Shown here piece after piece: positions 19,187 to 29,859 of a stretch of DNA of 64,000 nt (position 1 is the first letter of the stretch; every line of letters begins with the position of its first letter). Source of the stretch: an uncultured delta proteobacterium (GTDB lineage Bacteria > Myxococcota_A > Polyangia > Fen-1088). Below the pieces are notes generated by a model, which saw nothing but the letters and a program-made list of their open reading frames with translations, was not told the origin of the DNA and searched no databases. The DNA is taken from contig CAVTRY010000016.1 in the NCBI GenBank assembly GCA_963737265.1, positions 160,001-224,000 of the forward strand, given 5' to 3'. The translations under genes were made by a program, and so were the position numbers.

Positions 19187-19398
19187 CCGAGAAGCAATAA
19201 TCTCCCCAATTGACCGAAAATTCTCGCTGTCAAGGAGGCCAATGGTGAACAGTCATCGCACTCGAAAACACATCGACATCCACATGTGCCGAGCGGCTAC
19301 CTTGCGATGTCGGTTTTCCGCCACTCGCCCGGCCCGACGGCGACCACAGCGACGAGCGGCAACGACGGCAACGAGCGGCCGACCTCTAGCTAGCCGAG

Positions 19399-21042
19399 TC
19401 ACCTTGTGGGTCGGTACGAACGGCCCGTCCATTTCAGCGCCAGACCGTCTGCGGTCGCAATCGCAATGCCGACCCGGTAGTCATCGACGGGAATGTCGAA
19501 CAGGGCCGGAAACGCCTCGAATCCCGCCATATCGTAATCGAACTGAACGTTTTGCGAGAGCGAAGCCTCCGGCCGACGCGTCTTCATCGTTGGAATCCAA
19601 TACGACCGTTGCGGGCTTGGCGACAGGATAAGATAGGTCTGCCATTTCGTGGGGATTCTTCCGACTATCAGAGCCCATCCCTGAAGTCGCGAGCCGTCGA
19701 AAAAATCGATTTGGCTCGTCATTCCGAGGCTGGGTCCCAATACCCCGCGATGAACTTCCGTCTTTCGCCCAGGTCCGATGGCCGTGACATAGTCGAAGAC
19801 GCCCAACTCCTTTGACCGGAGAAGAATCGGCTCGCACCTCTCGGACGGCCCGTCGCAGTACAGAGTAATGCGGGAATGGGGAAGGTAGCCGGCCATGCCA
19901 TTCGACCGTTCCGAGTATTCCCGGGAAAGGTCGCCGAACACGTCGGCCTTGGCCGTCATCGCAAAACTGTACGTCATGGCCAGCACCGCCGACAGCGCCA
20001 GCACCCTGAGCGCTCGACGCGGGTTTTCCGTAGAATCTTGAACGAGCAGATAGACGGCGACCCCAGCCACCATCGACACTGTCGCGAATCGTGAAGCGAC
20101 GCAGGCCGCCTCATAGCGGTCGCCGCCGTAACCTCCCCTTCCGATGGCGATGGCCGCCGCTTGGGAAAGTGACAGGAACGACAGCGCCACCGCCCAGGGC
20201 GAAGTCTTGCGTAGAAAAATGAAGTACAGCATGGCCGCAACCGAGACCAGACCGAGGGTGATGGAATAGCCGGCAAAGCGCAGCTCGCTCCCCACCACCG
20301 CCAGGCCGTAGGCGAGTGTCGCCTCGAAATCAAGCACTGCCACGGACAGCACGGGGTGCCCCGAGGTCGGTGTGTAGCGATGAAAATACAGAAGGGCCAG
20401 AAGGATGGTTGTCCCGGCAAGCGCACCCGACAGCCGCCACGCTCGTCGCGCCACTGCGATTCCGATACACACCACGAAGAGCGGCCAGCAAACCATCGAC
20501 GTCAGGACGCCCGCCACGCACGAAAGACATGTGGCCACAATTCGGCCGGTTGCTAGGTACCTCAGAGCAACAATACTGAAAAACGTCGCACCATAGTTTT
20601 GCAGGCTGGCCATGGCCCAAAAGGTATTCTCGCGATGGACGAACGAAAACCACAGATAGGCTAACGGAACGTAGAAAAGCAGCGGCAGCTTTGCTTTCTT
20701 GCGATGCTCGCGCACGATCAATACGAAACTTGCGGTCCAGGCCAGGCTGCCGACAAAGCTTAGCTGGCGAAAGTTGATGTGCCCCCAAAGGTAGTACTGG
20801 ACCAAAGCCACAATACGCGGCAAGACCAGTCGGTGCTCGTTGTGCTGAGCCCAGAGCACGGCCACCTTTCGAGATAAGCCGGACGCCCCGAGAAAGCGGT
20901 TGGTGGAATCGAGAATCACGTCGTAATCGTCGAGAACTGGAACATTCGCGGCGAAGACGAACAAGTGAATCCAGTAACTCGCGATGGGCAGGCCGAGGAG
21001 GAGCAGGGCGAACAGATGCATCTTTCCAGAAGTCAGCCCCAT
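19399..21042 (-). CDS. Polytopic membrane protein, GT-C-like glycosyltransferase candidate
   Basis: NVPVLDDY after TM1, WAQHNEHR motif, about 11 TMs and a soluble C-terminal domain; start 21042 or 21021. Confidence 0.65.
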   Translation of the reverse strand: MGLTSGKMHLFALLLLGLPIASYWIHLFVFAANVPVLDDYDVILDSTNRFLGASGLSRKVAVLWAQHNEHRLVLPRIVALVQYYLWGHINFRQLSFVGSLAWTASFVLIVREHRKKAKLPLLFYVPLAYLWFSFVHRENTFWAMASLQNYGATFFSIVALRYLATGRIVATCLSCVAGVLTSMVCWPLFVVCIGIAVARRAWRLSGALAGTTILLALLYFHRYTPTSGHPVLSVAVLDFEATLAYGLAVVGSELRFAGYSITLGLVSVAAMLYFIFLRKTSPWAVALSFLSLSQAAAIAIGRGGYGGDRYEAACVASRFATVSMVAGVAVYLLVQDSTENPRRALRVLALSAVLAMTYSFAMTAKADVFGDLSREYSERSNGMAGYLPHSRITLYCDGPSERCEPILLRSKELGVFDYVTAIGPGRKTEVHRGVLGPSLGMTSQIDFFDGSRLQGWALIVGRIPTKWQTYLILSPSPQRSYWIPTMKTRRPEASLSQNVQFDYDMAGFEAFPALFDIPVDDYRVGIAIATADGLALKWTGRSYRPTR

Positions 21043-21185
21043 CTCCTTCGCCCAGCCCTGGGTCGGTGATGGCTGCCCAGGATCTGTCGGAGAAAGCAGT
21101 TTGCGGACGTATTGGCGAAGTCGCCGACCTGATGTGGGGCGCGTTAGGTCTCGGTGCGCGCCAAAGCAGCTTGCGGACATGTCTA

Positions 21186-22304
21186 TCAGGGCAGATTGTA
21201 AGTGAGGGTGTAGTCCCCCATGCTGGCGCCCACGCTGCCCCCCACCGCCAAGACCTGAATCCCGGCGCCGGGTGGTACATTGGTGCTGAGGGTCGACAGA
21301 ATGCCGCAGGCCGGGTCGTCGTCGTTGCATTCCACGTCGTCGGTTCGTGGAATTTGCAGCGATAAGACCGTATCCCAATCGGCGCCCCCGCAGGTGGACG
21401 CAAGGAGCGGACCGCCAGTGTAGTCGGGACAACTCGACCACCAGTAGCTGTTCTTTGGGCCGACCGCCTGACATTGTCCAGCGAAGTCGACGCCACTGGT
21501 GGTTCCTTGCACTGACCCCGGTCCGGGGGCCAACGCGGCGAACGGTCCAGTGCCCAGGAGTGCGTGTTGAAAGTGCACAGTAACATCGCCGCTCTCGTCA
21601 TTGACGCCGCTGACGATGAGATAATGAAAACCTAGGTTCAGCATCGCCAACGCCTGCGATTGGCTGGCGCCGCAAGCATCATCATTGCAAGCCGCCAGGT
21701 CGTCGTTGCCGGGCGGCGGTACGGATGTGTCGCAGGAATCGCTGAACAAAAGGGCCGTGTTCCAAGCTGCCCCGAAGGTATCCGCGTAAACCAGTTGGGG
21801 CGTCTCCGTGGTTACCTCGAACCTGAGAACCACGTCGGCGCCGTTGCTGGCACAGGGAAAGTCGACAAGATGGGTTGCCTGGCCGGTTTTGACCACGATG
21901 TCCGCATGATTCAAGCCGAGGGAAATGTCGATGGGAGACGCGCAGGTGCCGTTGCCCACCCGGGCAACGTCGGCAGCCGTGTCCGCTGCGCCATTCTTCG
22001 CGTCGCTGCCTTTCGCGACGTCAGTGCGGCCGACGGCACTGTCCTTGGTCCCCGCAAGATCCAGTACCGCCGAGTCGAAACGACCATCTCGCGCGCCCAC
22101 GGCATCGCGTGCGGCACCTGCATCTAGACCCGCAAGGCCGACGCCCCCCGCGTCGCGTCGCCCGCCGTCCGGGGCTCGCCCGGAGTCGATTCCCTTGCCC
22201 GTCTCCTGGTTTCCAACCGAACCATCCCCGACAGCCTTTCCAGATTTCGAGGAACAGGCCAGTCCCAAGAGGAGCACGGCAAGCGTGGGAACCTTGTACT
22301 TCAT
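21186..22304 (-). CDS. Lipoprotein with a DAG-rich linker and Cys-rich PPC-like domains
   Basis: MKYKVPTLAVLLLGLA-C lipobox; CNDDACG.SQSQA and CNDDDPACG; paralog of 22396-23544. Confidence 0.8.
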   Translation of the reverse strand: MKYKVPTLAVLLLGLACSSKSGKAVGDGSVGNQETGKGIDSGRAPDGGRRDAGGVGLAGLDAGAARDAVGARDGRFDSAVLDLAGTKDSAVGRTDVAKGSDAKNGAADTAADVARVGNGTCASPIDISLGLNHADIVVKTGQATHLVDFPCASNGADVVLRFEVTTETPQLVYADTFGAAWNTALLFSDSCDTSVPPPGNDDLAACNDDACGASQSQALAMLNLGFHYLIVSGVNDESGDVTVHFQHALLGTGPFAALAPGPGSVQGTTSGVDFAGQCQAVGPKNSYWWSSCPDYTGGPLLASTCGGADWDTVLSLQIPRTDDVECNDDDPACGILSTLSTNVPPGAGIQVLAVGGSVGASMGDYTLTYNLP

Positions 22305-22395
22305 AGAACGCATGCCCTGGAGGCTATCGGCGCATCGCGGTCGATCTTGAGCGACCGGTCGTCCGAACCGAGAGCGATGTTGGCATCTTTCCATC

Positions 22396-23544
22396 CTACG
22401 GGCGTGTGTAGGTAATCGTGTATTTCCCAAATGAATTGGGAACGTTGCCAAATATCGAGAGTATTTGCAGTCCCGCGCCTGCGGGCACGGGTGCCGCCAC
22501 GGTGGCACACGAATCCTCGCTGCCGTTGCAAGAGCTGATTGCCCCTCGCCCAACCTGCTCGACGAGCAGGCTCTTGAAGGTCGTGCCTGGGCACGTCGCT
22601 GCCGAGAACGCCCCTCCCGCGAAATCCGGACAGGTCGTCCACCAGTAGGTGTTTTCGGGGCCGTCCGCCTCACAGATTGCGGTACCGCTGTCGCCGCTTG
22701 TGGTTCCCGTGAGCGAGCCAACGCCAGCCGGAAACGGCAGCAGAGCTCCATACCCCGTCACCAATCGATCGAGGTGGATAGTCGCATCGCCCGACTCGCC
22801 GTTGGCCCCACTCAAGATTAGATAGTACGTACCCAGGGAGAGCAGCGCCGTGGCTTGCGACTGGGTAGTGCCGCAAGCATCGTCGTTGCACATGGAGAGG
22901 CCGGAATTGGTAACCGGGATGCTGGCGCGAGGTGGGCAAGTGTCGCTAAAGAGCAGAATTGTGTTCCAGGACGCCCCGAAGGTGTCCGCATAGACGACTT
23001 GCGGACTGGTGACCGTAAGCGAAAAGATTGTGTCACCGCCGTTCTTGGCACAGGGAATGTTGACTTGGTGGGCGGCTCCGACATTGGTAGTGAGGATGTT
23101 TGCGCGCATGCTGTTGAAGGGGATGGGAATTGGCGAGGCGCACGTTCCGCCCGATATGGGTAGCGCGTCGTCATTCACGGCATCGTCGTCGGCATCAATT
23201 GTCACGCCGCCATCCGCCGAGCCCACGCCAGGATCCGAGTCGATGTTCGATGGCGCATCTTTTCCGTCGTTCGTTCTGGCGGCGTCGCGCGAGTCGGGTC
23301 CTGCCTCCGAAATTCCGGCTTCAGCCGCGCGGCTGTCGGAATTCCGCGAGTCGACGCTGACTCCGTCGTCTTTCCGCGCGTCGCCGGCGTCGGAAACCCG
23401 CGCATCCACGGTTGCGCCCGCTTCGGCGACATGGTCGGCGGCATCGAGCGCACTGGCCCCGGTGTGAGAAGAGCAGCCGAGCAGCAGGAGCAGCGGAGCG
23501 AGTGCGAGTGTAAATGTAAGTGTAGTTTGCTTGCCAACACACAT
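22396..23544 (-). CDS. Lipoprotein, tandem paralog of 21186-22304
   Basis: LLLG-C lipobox; shares GTCASPI, YADTFGA.WNT.LLFSD, CNDDACG and SG.N.ESGD.T.H blocks with its neighbour. Confidence 0.8.
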   Translation of the reverse strand: MCVGKQTTLTFTLALAPLLLLLGCSSHTGASALDAADHVAEAGATVDARVSDAGDARKDDGVSVDSRNSDSRAAEAGISEAGPDSRDAARTNDGKDAPSNIDSDPGVGSADGGVTIDADDDAVNDDALPISGGTCASPIPIPFNSMRANILTTNVGAAHQVNIPCAKNGGDTIFSLTVTSPQVVYADTFGASWNTILLFSDTCPPRASIPVTNSGLSMCNDDACGTTQSQATALLSLGTYYLILSGANGESGDATIHLDRLVTGYGALLPFPAGVGSLTGTTSGDSGTAICEADGPENTYWWTTCPDFAGGAFSAATCPGTTFKSLLVEQVGRGAISSCNGSEDSCATVAAPVPAGAGLQILSIFGNVPNSFGKYTITYTRP

Positions 23545-23590
23545 GATGGGGAAGGTATCGGCCTGGCAACGTCGATTCTTTAGCTAACCC

Positions 23591-23620
23591 CCTTAACGGA
23601 TCGGGCGGCCGAGACGAAGA
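23591..23620 (+). promoter_or_regulatory. Conserved upstream motif, copy B (ECF-sigma-like promoter)
   Basis: CCTTAACGGAT-N8-CGAGACGAAGA, starting 153 bp before ATG 23744. Confidence 0.65.
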
Positions 23621-23743
23621 CCTTCGTGAACAGGATTCTTGGTAACCCGTGCGACGCGTGATGAGACGGAAATCCTCGTCGCCCCAAGGCGTGCTGAACG
23701 CAGGCCAAAAAATGCTCCGTCGGTAGGTTAAGGAGGTCTCGTC

Positions 23744-26650
23744 ATGCGCCACAAGATTCGAGAATTTGGAAGTTTGGGATTGGGAGTGCTCTTGACTGGA
23801 GCCCTCGCCTGCAGCGGGCAGCCGAAGGGCAGCGGAGTCGACTTCAATAGCAACGGCTATGAAGGATTTACCGATACGCACTTCGATCTACTCTCGGCGT
23901 CTTGTACGATCACGAGCGGAAACCTTGCCCTGTCGGTCGGGGCCAACGAGACTGCCTACCTATTCAAACGGCCAGGCGATGGCATGGTGGTGGCCAACGC
24001 AACCAACCAGGCCGGCACCGAGTGTGACTGGGCTCCGGTTGTCGCGGGCGTCGCCAAGACTCTGACGATTACCTCGTCCGGGGCTGGCAACACCGTTCTG
24101 TTGGACTTCATGAACGGCCAATTCGGCGTGGGAAGCAAGACCGGCGCGGCTATCTCCATTACTCTTGGTGGTACCACCAGCGACACCCTCATGATTCGCG
24201 GAAGCGCCAACGCCGACATCGTCACCTTGGGCACGGCGACGACGGGCAGCACGCCAACCCTGATTTCCTACAACCCCGGCACGAGCACCACCAAGGCGCC
24301 CGCGGCCAAAACCTTTCCGGATATCAGCGTGACGGGTGCGCTCAACATCATCGTCAGCGCCGGTCCGGGCAATGACATCATCACCGGTCAAGGTGGCGCG
24401 GCCGTTGGCGGGGCTGGCTTGCTCGATGGGAAAATTAGCCTGACCGTCTATGGTGGCGTCGGCGACGACACGATTACCAGCGGCGCTGCCAGCACTGGCG
24501 GCGCGTTCAACACGCTCCAGGGCAACGACGGAAGCGACCTCTTCATCGAGCCGTGCTCCGCCACCAAACCGTATCCTGGCATTCTGGCCAGCGACAGCAT
24601 CTACGGCGGTCCCGATACGCAGAGTACGCCCGCCACGGATGTGGACACCGTCGACTATAGCTGCCGGACCAACGACCTGACCATCACGCTGGGAGAACCC
24701 GCCGTGGCGGCGACGGGAAGCGTAACAGTGCCAGCAAGGGCGAATTTCGCGGCTGGCGATTTCTTCACTCTCAACGATGGCACTAATCCGGTCGTCAGCT
24801 TCGCGTATGAGTCGGCGTCGAAGGGCACGGTAACGATTACGCCGTGGGCAGGCAGCCCAACCAAGGTGTCGCAGATCAACGACCACGACACGCTCTTAGT
24901 AAACGACGGAGTTGCTCCGGCGCAAACCTATGAATTCAAGACGACCCAGGGTGATATCAATAGCATAGCGTCCGGGATCCCGGCGGCTTCGGGCATCCAT
25001 TGGGTGCAGACTAACGACGCATACACCACGATTGACGTGTCGCTTGACGCCGCCTCGCCCATCACGAGCGAGAGCGACGAAGCCGAGGTAACCCTCGCCG
25101 CGTTGACGACCGGAATCTTCGATTCTGCCACGGGAACAATCAAGCCCACGCGCGCTGGCAACGTCATCACCTTCGCGAACAATCTCGGACTCAATTCGGG
25201 CACGGCGGCCATCACGTACACCAAGGCCGGCGCCAACACGGCCATGACCGCGTCGGATTTCGCGGGTGGTGTTGACCCCAGTCTAGTTTACAACACCGGG
25301 ACCGTTGTAAACATCGACATCTCCAACGCTTCAACCCCGGCAGCGGTGGCGGCCCTGACCGCGGTTGCCATCAATAGCTATGGCGCGCTTCTTACCCTAT
25401 CAGCTGTGTCCGATATTAACGGCAAGATCACTCTGACGAATCTGGTGCCTGACACGACTCTCACCACAGGAAATCTCCTGGGCGTGGCAGGATCCGCCAA
25501 TTTCACCACCCCCATTGCCATGACCGGCGGGGCGGCCGCATCCGCACCCGCCGCGAATGACGGTGAATCCGGCGAAAAGGACAACATCCATGCCGACATC
25601 GAAAACATCATCGGCGGCGCTGGCAACGATACGATCGATGCTTCGCTGGCGCCTTTGAAGCACGTTCTCATGGGCATGGCGGGCAACGACACCCTGATCG
25701 GCGGCGTCGACAAGGACACGCTCTACGGCGGCCCGGGCGACGACACTCTCATCGGCGGCGGCGGCAACGACTACCTTATCGGTGGCGACGGCAACGACGT
25801 GCTCCAAGGTGGGCTCGGCGATGACACCCTCGACGGCGGCGGTCAGAACTGTATCGTCACGGCGGTAGCCTCCCCCACCAGCGGATGGGCGCCGATCACG
25901 ACCATCTCCAAGACCAATCCGTTCATCATGTTGTCGCCAACCCCGGCGGTATCCTCGGTGTGCTCGGCGAGCTTCGCCAAGGCATCGACCACGACCAACC
26001 CGGGCAACAATACCATCGACTTCAGCGACCGCTGGTCTGCCGTCACGGTGGACCTGTCGCTGGTGAGTGCAGCGGTGATTGCCAATCCGACCATCAGCAT
26101 CGTGCAGCCGGCAGGCGCCTACGTGGGCGAAAGCGACACCCTCATCCTCACCACGACGGTGGGGGGAACTGCAAAACTGCCCACGTACACGTTCCAGAAC
26201 ACGATTCAGAACATCCGCGGCGGTGCGGGCGACGACGCTCTGACCGGCGACATCCTCTCCAACGTCATCTGGGGCGGTAATGGCAACGACACAATTGTTG
26301 GCAACGCCGGCGACGACTTCCTGTACGGAGAAGGCGGCTCCGACATCATCTACGGCAACAGCGGAAACGACTATATTTCGGGCGGTCCAGGTGTGGACTT
26401 CCTGTTTGGGGACAATGACACGAACTGTGCCTTCGCAACCACGGTAGGTTGCACCGGCGTCGGCATCGGCAACTACGACTACACGGCTCCCGGCGCCGAT
26501 GTGCCCGGCGTCGACTTCATCGATGCGCAAGCCAATGATGTCGACAGCGCCATCGATTGCGGTCCCTACTCGCTCGGGGACATTGCAGTTAGGGACAAGT
26601 ACACCCTCGCGGGCGCCGATCCGGCCGGCAACAACTGCCAGGGCCTCTAG
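23744..26650 (+). CDS. Large lipoprotein with RTX-like repeats (paralog B)
   Basis: AAGGAGG RBS; LTGALA-C lipobox; shares EGF..THFDLLS..C, YLFKR..DG.VVAN and GPGND.ITGQGG with paralog A; GGxGxD repeats. Confidence 0.87.
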   Translation: MRHKIREFGSLGLGVLLTGALACSGQPKGSGVDFNSNGYEGFTDTHFDLLSASCTITSGNLALSVGANETAYLFKRPGDGMVVANATNQAGTECDWAPVVAGVAKTLTITSSGAGNTVLLDFMNGQFGVGSKTGAAISITLGGTTSDTLMIRGSANADIVTLGTATTGSTPTLISYNPGTSTTKAPAAKTFPDISVTGALNIIVSAGPGNDIITGQGGAAVGGAGLLDGKISLTVYGGVGDDTITSGAASTGGAFNTLQGNDGSDLFIEPCSATKPYPGILASDSIYGGPDTQSTPATDVDTVDYSCRTNDLTITLGEPAVAATGSVTVPARANFAAGDFFTLNDGTNPVVSFAYESASKGTVTITPWAGSPTKVSQINDHDTLLVNDGVAPAQTYEFKTTQGDINSIASGIPAASGIHWVQTNDAYTTIDVSLDAASPITSESDEAEVTLAALTTGIFDSATGTIKPTRAGNVITFANNLGLNSGTAAITYTKAGANTAMTASDFAGGVDPSLVYNTGTVVNIDISNASTPAAVAALTAVAINSYGALLTLSAVSDINGKITLTNLVPDTTLTTGNLLGVAGSANFTTPIAMTGGAAASAPAANDGESGEKDNIHADIENIIGGAGNDTIDASLAPLKHVLMGMAGNDTLIGGVDKDTLYGGPGDDTLIGGGGNDYLIGGDGNDVLQGGLGDDTLDGGGQNCIVTAVASPTSGWAPITTISKTNPFIMLSPTPAVSSVCSASFAKASTTTNPGNNTIDFSDRWSAVTVDLSLVSAAVIANPTISIVQPAGAYVGESDTLILTTTVGGTAKLPTYTFQNTIQNIRGGAGDDALTGDILSNVIWGGNGNDTIVGNAGDDFLYGEGGSDIIYGNSGNDYISGGPGVDFLFGDNDTNCAFATTVGCTGVGIGNYDYTAPGADVPGVDFIDAQANDVDSAIDCGPYSLGDIAVRDKYTLAGADPAGNNCQGL

Positions 26651-26674
26651 CCAAACAACCTAGCTTCGCAAAGA

Positions 26675-26710
26675 GCGCCGGTCGCGATAACGCGGCCGGC
26701 GTTTTGCTTT
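26675..26710 (+). terminator. Rho-independent terminator
   Basis: GCGCCGGTCGCG-ataa-CGCGGCCGGCGT followed by TTTGCTTT. Confidence 0.75.
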
Positions 26711-26864
26711 GGAGCCCAGGGCTCAAGATTTCTGCGGAACCAGGCGACTCTTTCTTACGCTGGCCGCCACTTGCTGGCGCGTTAGTCGTGACGGTATGGC
26801 CGGCACGGCCTCGCAGAAAACTTACGGAGGAAACCACGCACGCACGGGCCGGATGACCGCAGCC

Positions 26865-28215
26865 ATGAAAGCGCAATGGATACTCATGCCGCTGGCTTTG
26901 CTTGGGTTGCCGGGCTGCCTGGATCCGATTGCCGGAATCCAGTGCGCGCCAGGGTATTCCCAATGCGCGGGAACCTGCGTGGCGATGGGGGCATGTCAGC
27001 TGCTCGAACGGGGGCGAAGATGCGGGCGACGGTACTTCGGGCGAAGACAGCTCTTCCGATAGCTCGCCAGCCGCCGACGATGCGGACCAGACCGAAGCTC
27101 CGTCGGCGTCAGAGGGCGGCGTGTCCGAAGGTGGCGACAACGAAAGCGAGGCTGGCCAAGTGGACGCGCAATGGCGAGACGCTCCCCGACCAGCCGATGC
27201 AATCGGCGATGCTGCCACGCGCGCGGCGGACGTGCGGCCCGAGGTAGGTCCACGTCTCGACGCAGGCGTCGATGTCCCGCTCGACACGTCGCTCATTTCA
27301 GTCGGCGACGCCCCCAATTCCGACGCCGCCGACGCCAAAGCCGGTGCCCGCAGCGACACCGTGGACGTGCCTGCCTCGGACGATCAGCGGATTGGCTACG
27401 ACGGCAAGCCCGACGTCGCTTCGCCAGATATTCGCGTGGGTGATGCGGGACTGCCTTGTGTGGGATGCCTGGACGCAAGCGATGCCCAAAGTGGGGAAGT
27501 CGCATGGCCGCTGCTAGACGGCGGTGGGCTCGATGTCTCCCCCTTCGTGGATGCCGGCGAAAGAGATATTGGCGAACCAATAGTCAAGGTGGGACGGGTG
27601 ATTCTTATCGGCCACGACTATCTTGCCAGTCAGCCGGCCATGAACGGCATTCTCGGCAACGCCATCTTCCGCTCGCCCGCCAATCCAGTCCGCCTCGTGG
27701 CCTACATAGGCGTCGCGGACCCGACGGCCATGGCGAACGCGGACGGGGCGATCGCCCAGGTGTCCGCCGCCAACGGTCGCCTAGTCCAACGTGTGACCGC
27801 GACCGCCAGCGAGATCCCGGCCCACCTGCCCCAAGCCGACGTCCTTCTCGTCTACGGTCAGGAGCGCGCCAACGATGCAACCCTTCTCCAACTCGGGCAG
27901 AACTGGTCGGCGGCGCTTACCCTCTTCGTGAGCTCGGGCGGAACCGTGGTCGTGCTCGATGGCTATTACTACACCACGAACGCGGGCACATGTCAGATCC
28001 TGGCCCAAGCCGGACTGTTTGCCATCTATCGTAACGACACGGTCACCTACGACCAGTGCAGGGTCGTCGCTCCAGCGGATCCATTGGTCGCCGGTCTTGC
28101 CAAAAGCTACCTCTGTCCTAGCAATAGCGTCGACTTCGTCACGACTGAGACGAGCCCGGCCATCACGACCGTGGTGAGCTATGGAAAACCTGTCGTGATC
28201 TACAAGACCTTCTGA
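26865..28215 (+). pseudogene. Lipoprotein gene with a single +1 frameshift near 27008 (possibly a sequencing error)
   Basis: MKAQW...LPG-C lipobox and a Cys-rich module in one frame; removing one A from CTCGAACGG restores LLDGGED and joins the 26902-28215 ORF (acidic linker, GRVILIGHDY domain). Confidence 0.72.
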
Positions 28216-28312
28216 GCGCCCTGTCGTCCCGGTCGAGATTGGCGGAAATTGGCGTAAGGCTGGCAACTCAAGTATCGGCTCGCTTGGCCGATAACCTTAA
28301 GGGTACGTGCCC

Positions 28313-28888
28313 ATGAAGCGACTCCCTCTTGTCCAGTTTCTGCTCATCGCGGGCATCGTGGCAACGACGAGCGCTCCTCAAGCGTCCATGTTGCGCACCA
28401 TGAGCCTTGCCGAGCTGGTGACAGCGGCGGACCAGATCGTGGTCGGCAGGATCGTCTCGGTGAATGCAGCCTGGGATCCTGCGCATAGAAAGATATTTTC
28501 CACTATCGAGGTCAAGGTCGAAGAAAGCTGGAAGGGCTCCGCCAACGGACTCGTCACCATTGTCCAACCCGGCGGCACGGTTGGCGAAATCGAGATGACC
28601 GTGCATGGAATGCCGAAGTTCACGGTTGGCGAAAGGTCGCTGCTCTTCCTGCAAGGCCGGGCTCGCTTCCAGGTCGTGGGCATGTCCGAGGGCGAGCGTC
28701 CATTGTCGTGGGATGCAAGCAGCCAACAATGGCTGGTGGAATCCGCCGATGTCGCCGAGGTCGTCGAGGTCGGCCGCAACGGAAAATTTCATCAAGCCAG
28801 GCCTGCGGCAAAAGTCGCACTGGATGAGTTTCGCGATCGGGTGCGCAATCGGGTGCACAATCGGGTGCAGATGATGAACGGGCAGTAA
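28313..28888 (+). CDS. Secreted protein co-transcribed with the matrixin
   Basis: Signal peptide; SLAELVTAADQIVVGRIVSV, QPGGTVG, GMPKF..GE..LLFL. Confidence 0.8.
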   Translation: MKRLPLVQFLLIAGIVATTSAPQASMLRTMSLAELVTAADQIVVGRIVSVNAAWDPAHRKIFSTIEVKVEESWKGSANGLVTIVQPGGTVGEIEMTVHGMPKFTVGERSLLFLQGRARFQVVGMSEGERPLSWDASSQQWLVESADVAEVVEVGRNGKFHQARPAAKVALDEFRDRVRNRVHNRVQMMNGQ

Positions 28889-28891
28889 GCC

Positions 28892-29818
28892 ATGGTGAAG
28901 CTGCACCCTGGTGTACTCATGGCGACTGTCGTTGGTGGCCTCGTTCTATCGGCCCCACGCGCTCAAGCGTACGTCCGCGCGGTCACGGAAGCCGGCGTTC
29001 CAACGTGGTGGCGAAATCCGTGCGTCACGATGGAGCTCTTTCTCGGTGGAGATCCGCCTCCGCCGACCATGACCGCGGACCAGTATCTCGACGCGACTCG
29101 ACTGGCAGGACGGGCTTGGAGCTACCCCGCCCTGACCTGCACCGATCTGTCGATCAGCGTCCAAAAAGAATCCCAGGCGACCGCTGAGGTCGGCCTCGAC
29201 CTCAAGAACGTTATCGTTTTCCGTCGGGACACTTGGTGCGAAAATTCCGACGCGACCGAGGGCCCTTGCTATCCGGCCAACGCTCTCGCGGTCACCACGG
29301 TCTTCAAAAGCACGACGACGGGCGAGATCGTCGACGCCGACATCGAGCTCAATGCGGTCAGCATTTCCTGGGCCGACCTCGTCGCCAACCCCGCCCTGGC
29401 GGAAAATCCCGACACCGCCGACCTGCAAAACACGCTAACCCATGAATTCGGCCACGTCATCGGGCTTGCCCACCCCTGTTACAGTCCGAACGATGGGCCT
29501 ACTGTCCTCGATGACAACACCGGAAACCCAGAGCCCGACTGTTCAAGCCCCAATTTGCCGCTATCGGTGACCGAGGCGACCATGTACCCCGTCGTTCCCA
29601 TGTCCGATACCCAGCGACGCACGCTATCGCCCGACGATCAGGCCGGCATCTGCGATATCTATCCCTACACCTTCGCCACGTGCCCGTCCGGTGCGGCTCA
29701 GGGCTGCGCCGTGGTTGCCCCTGCCGCCAATCATCGAAGCCGAAACTGGTCACCTGGTCTCGTCGCGGGCACGGCAGGCCTACTGCTCGCGTTCGTCTTC
29801 CGCCGTTCGCGTCTTTGA
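28892..29818 (+). CDS. Matrixin (M10-like) zinc metalloprotease with a MYXO-CTERM-like tail
   Basis: DADIELN, HEFGHVIGLAH, Met-turn ATMYP; C-terminal GCAV...hydrophobic stretch...RRSRL. Confidence 0.88.
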   Translation: MVKLHPGVLMATVVGGLVLSAPRAQAYVRAVTEAGVPTWWRNPCVTMELFLGGDPPPPTMTADQYLDATRLAGRAWSYPALTCTDLSISVQKESQATAEVGLDLKNVIVFRRDTWCENSDATEGPCYPANALAVTTVFKSTTTGEIVDADIELNAVSISWADLVANPALAENPDTADLQNTLTHEFGHVIGLAHPCYSPNDGPTVLDDNTGNPEPDCSSPNLPLSVTEATMYPVVPMSDTQRRTLSPDDQAGICDIYPYTFATCPSGAAQGCAVVAPAANHRSRNWSPGLVAGTAGLLLAFVFRRSRL

Positions 29819-29859
29819 GGATCCCTCGCCCACGGGCGGCGGTGTAACCTGCGCCTGAC

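Noticed and set aside
19036-23743. Recombinase-driven invertible segment between the RTX genes
   Set aside because: No recombinase is present and the shared inverted identity is limited to short blocks, better explained as conserved promoter and RBS elements; kept only as a test in the findings
26761-26815. Sigma54-like TGGC/CGGCAC...GC sequences
   Set aside because: GG-to-GC spacing is 9 nt, not the required 10
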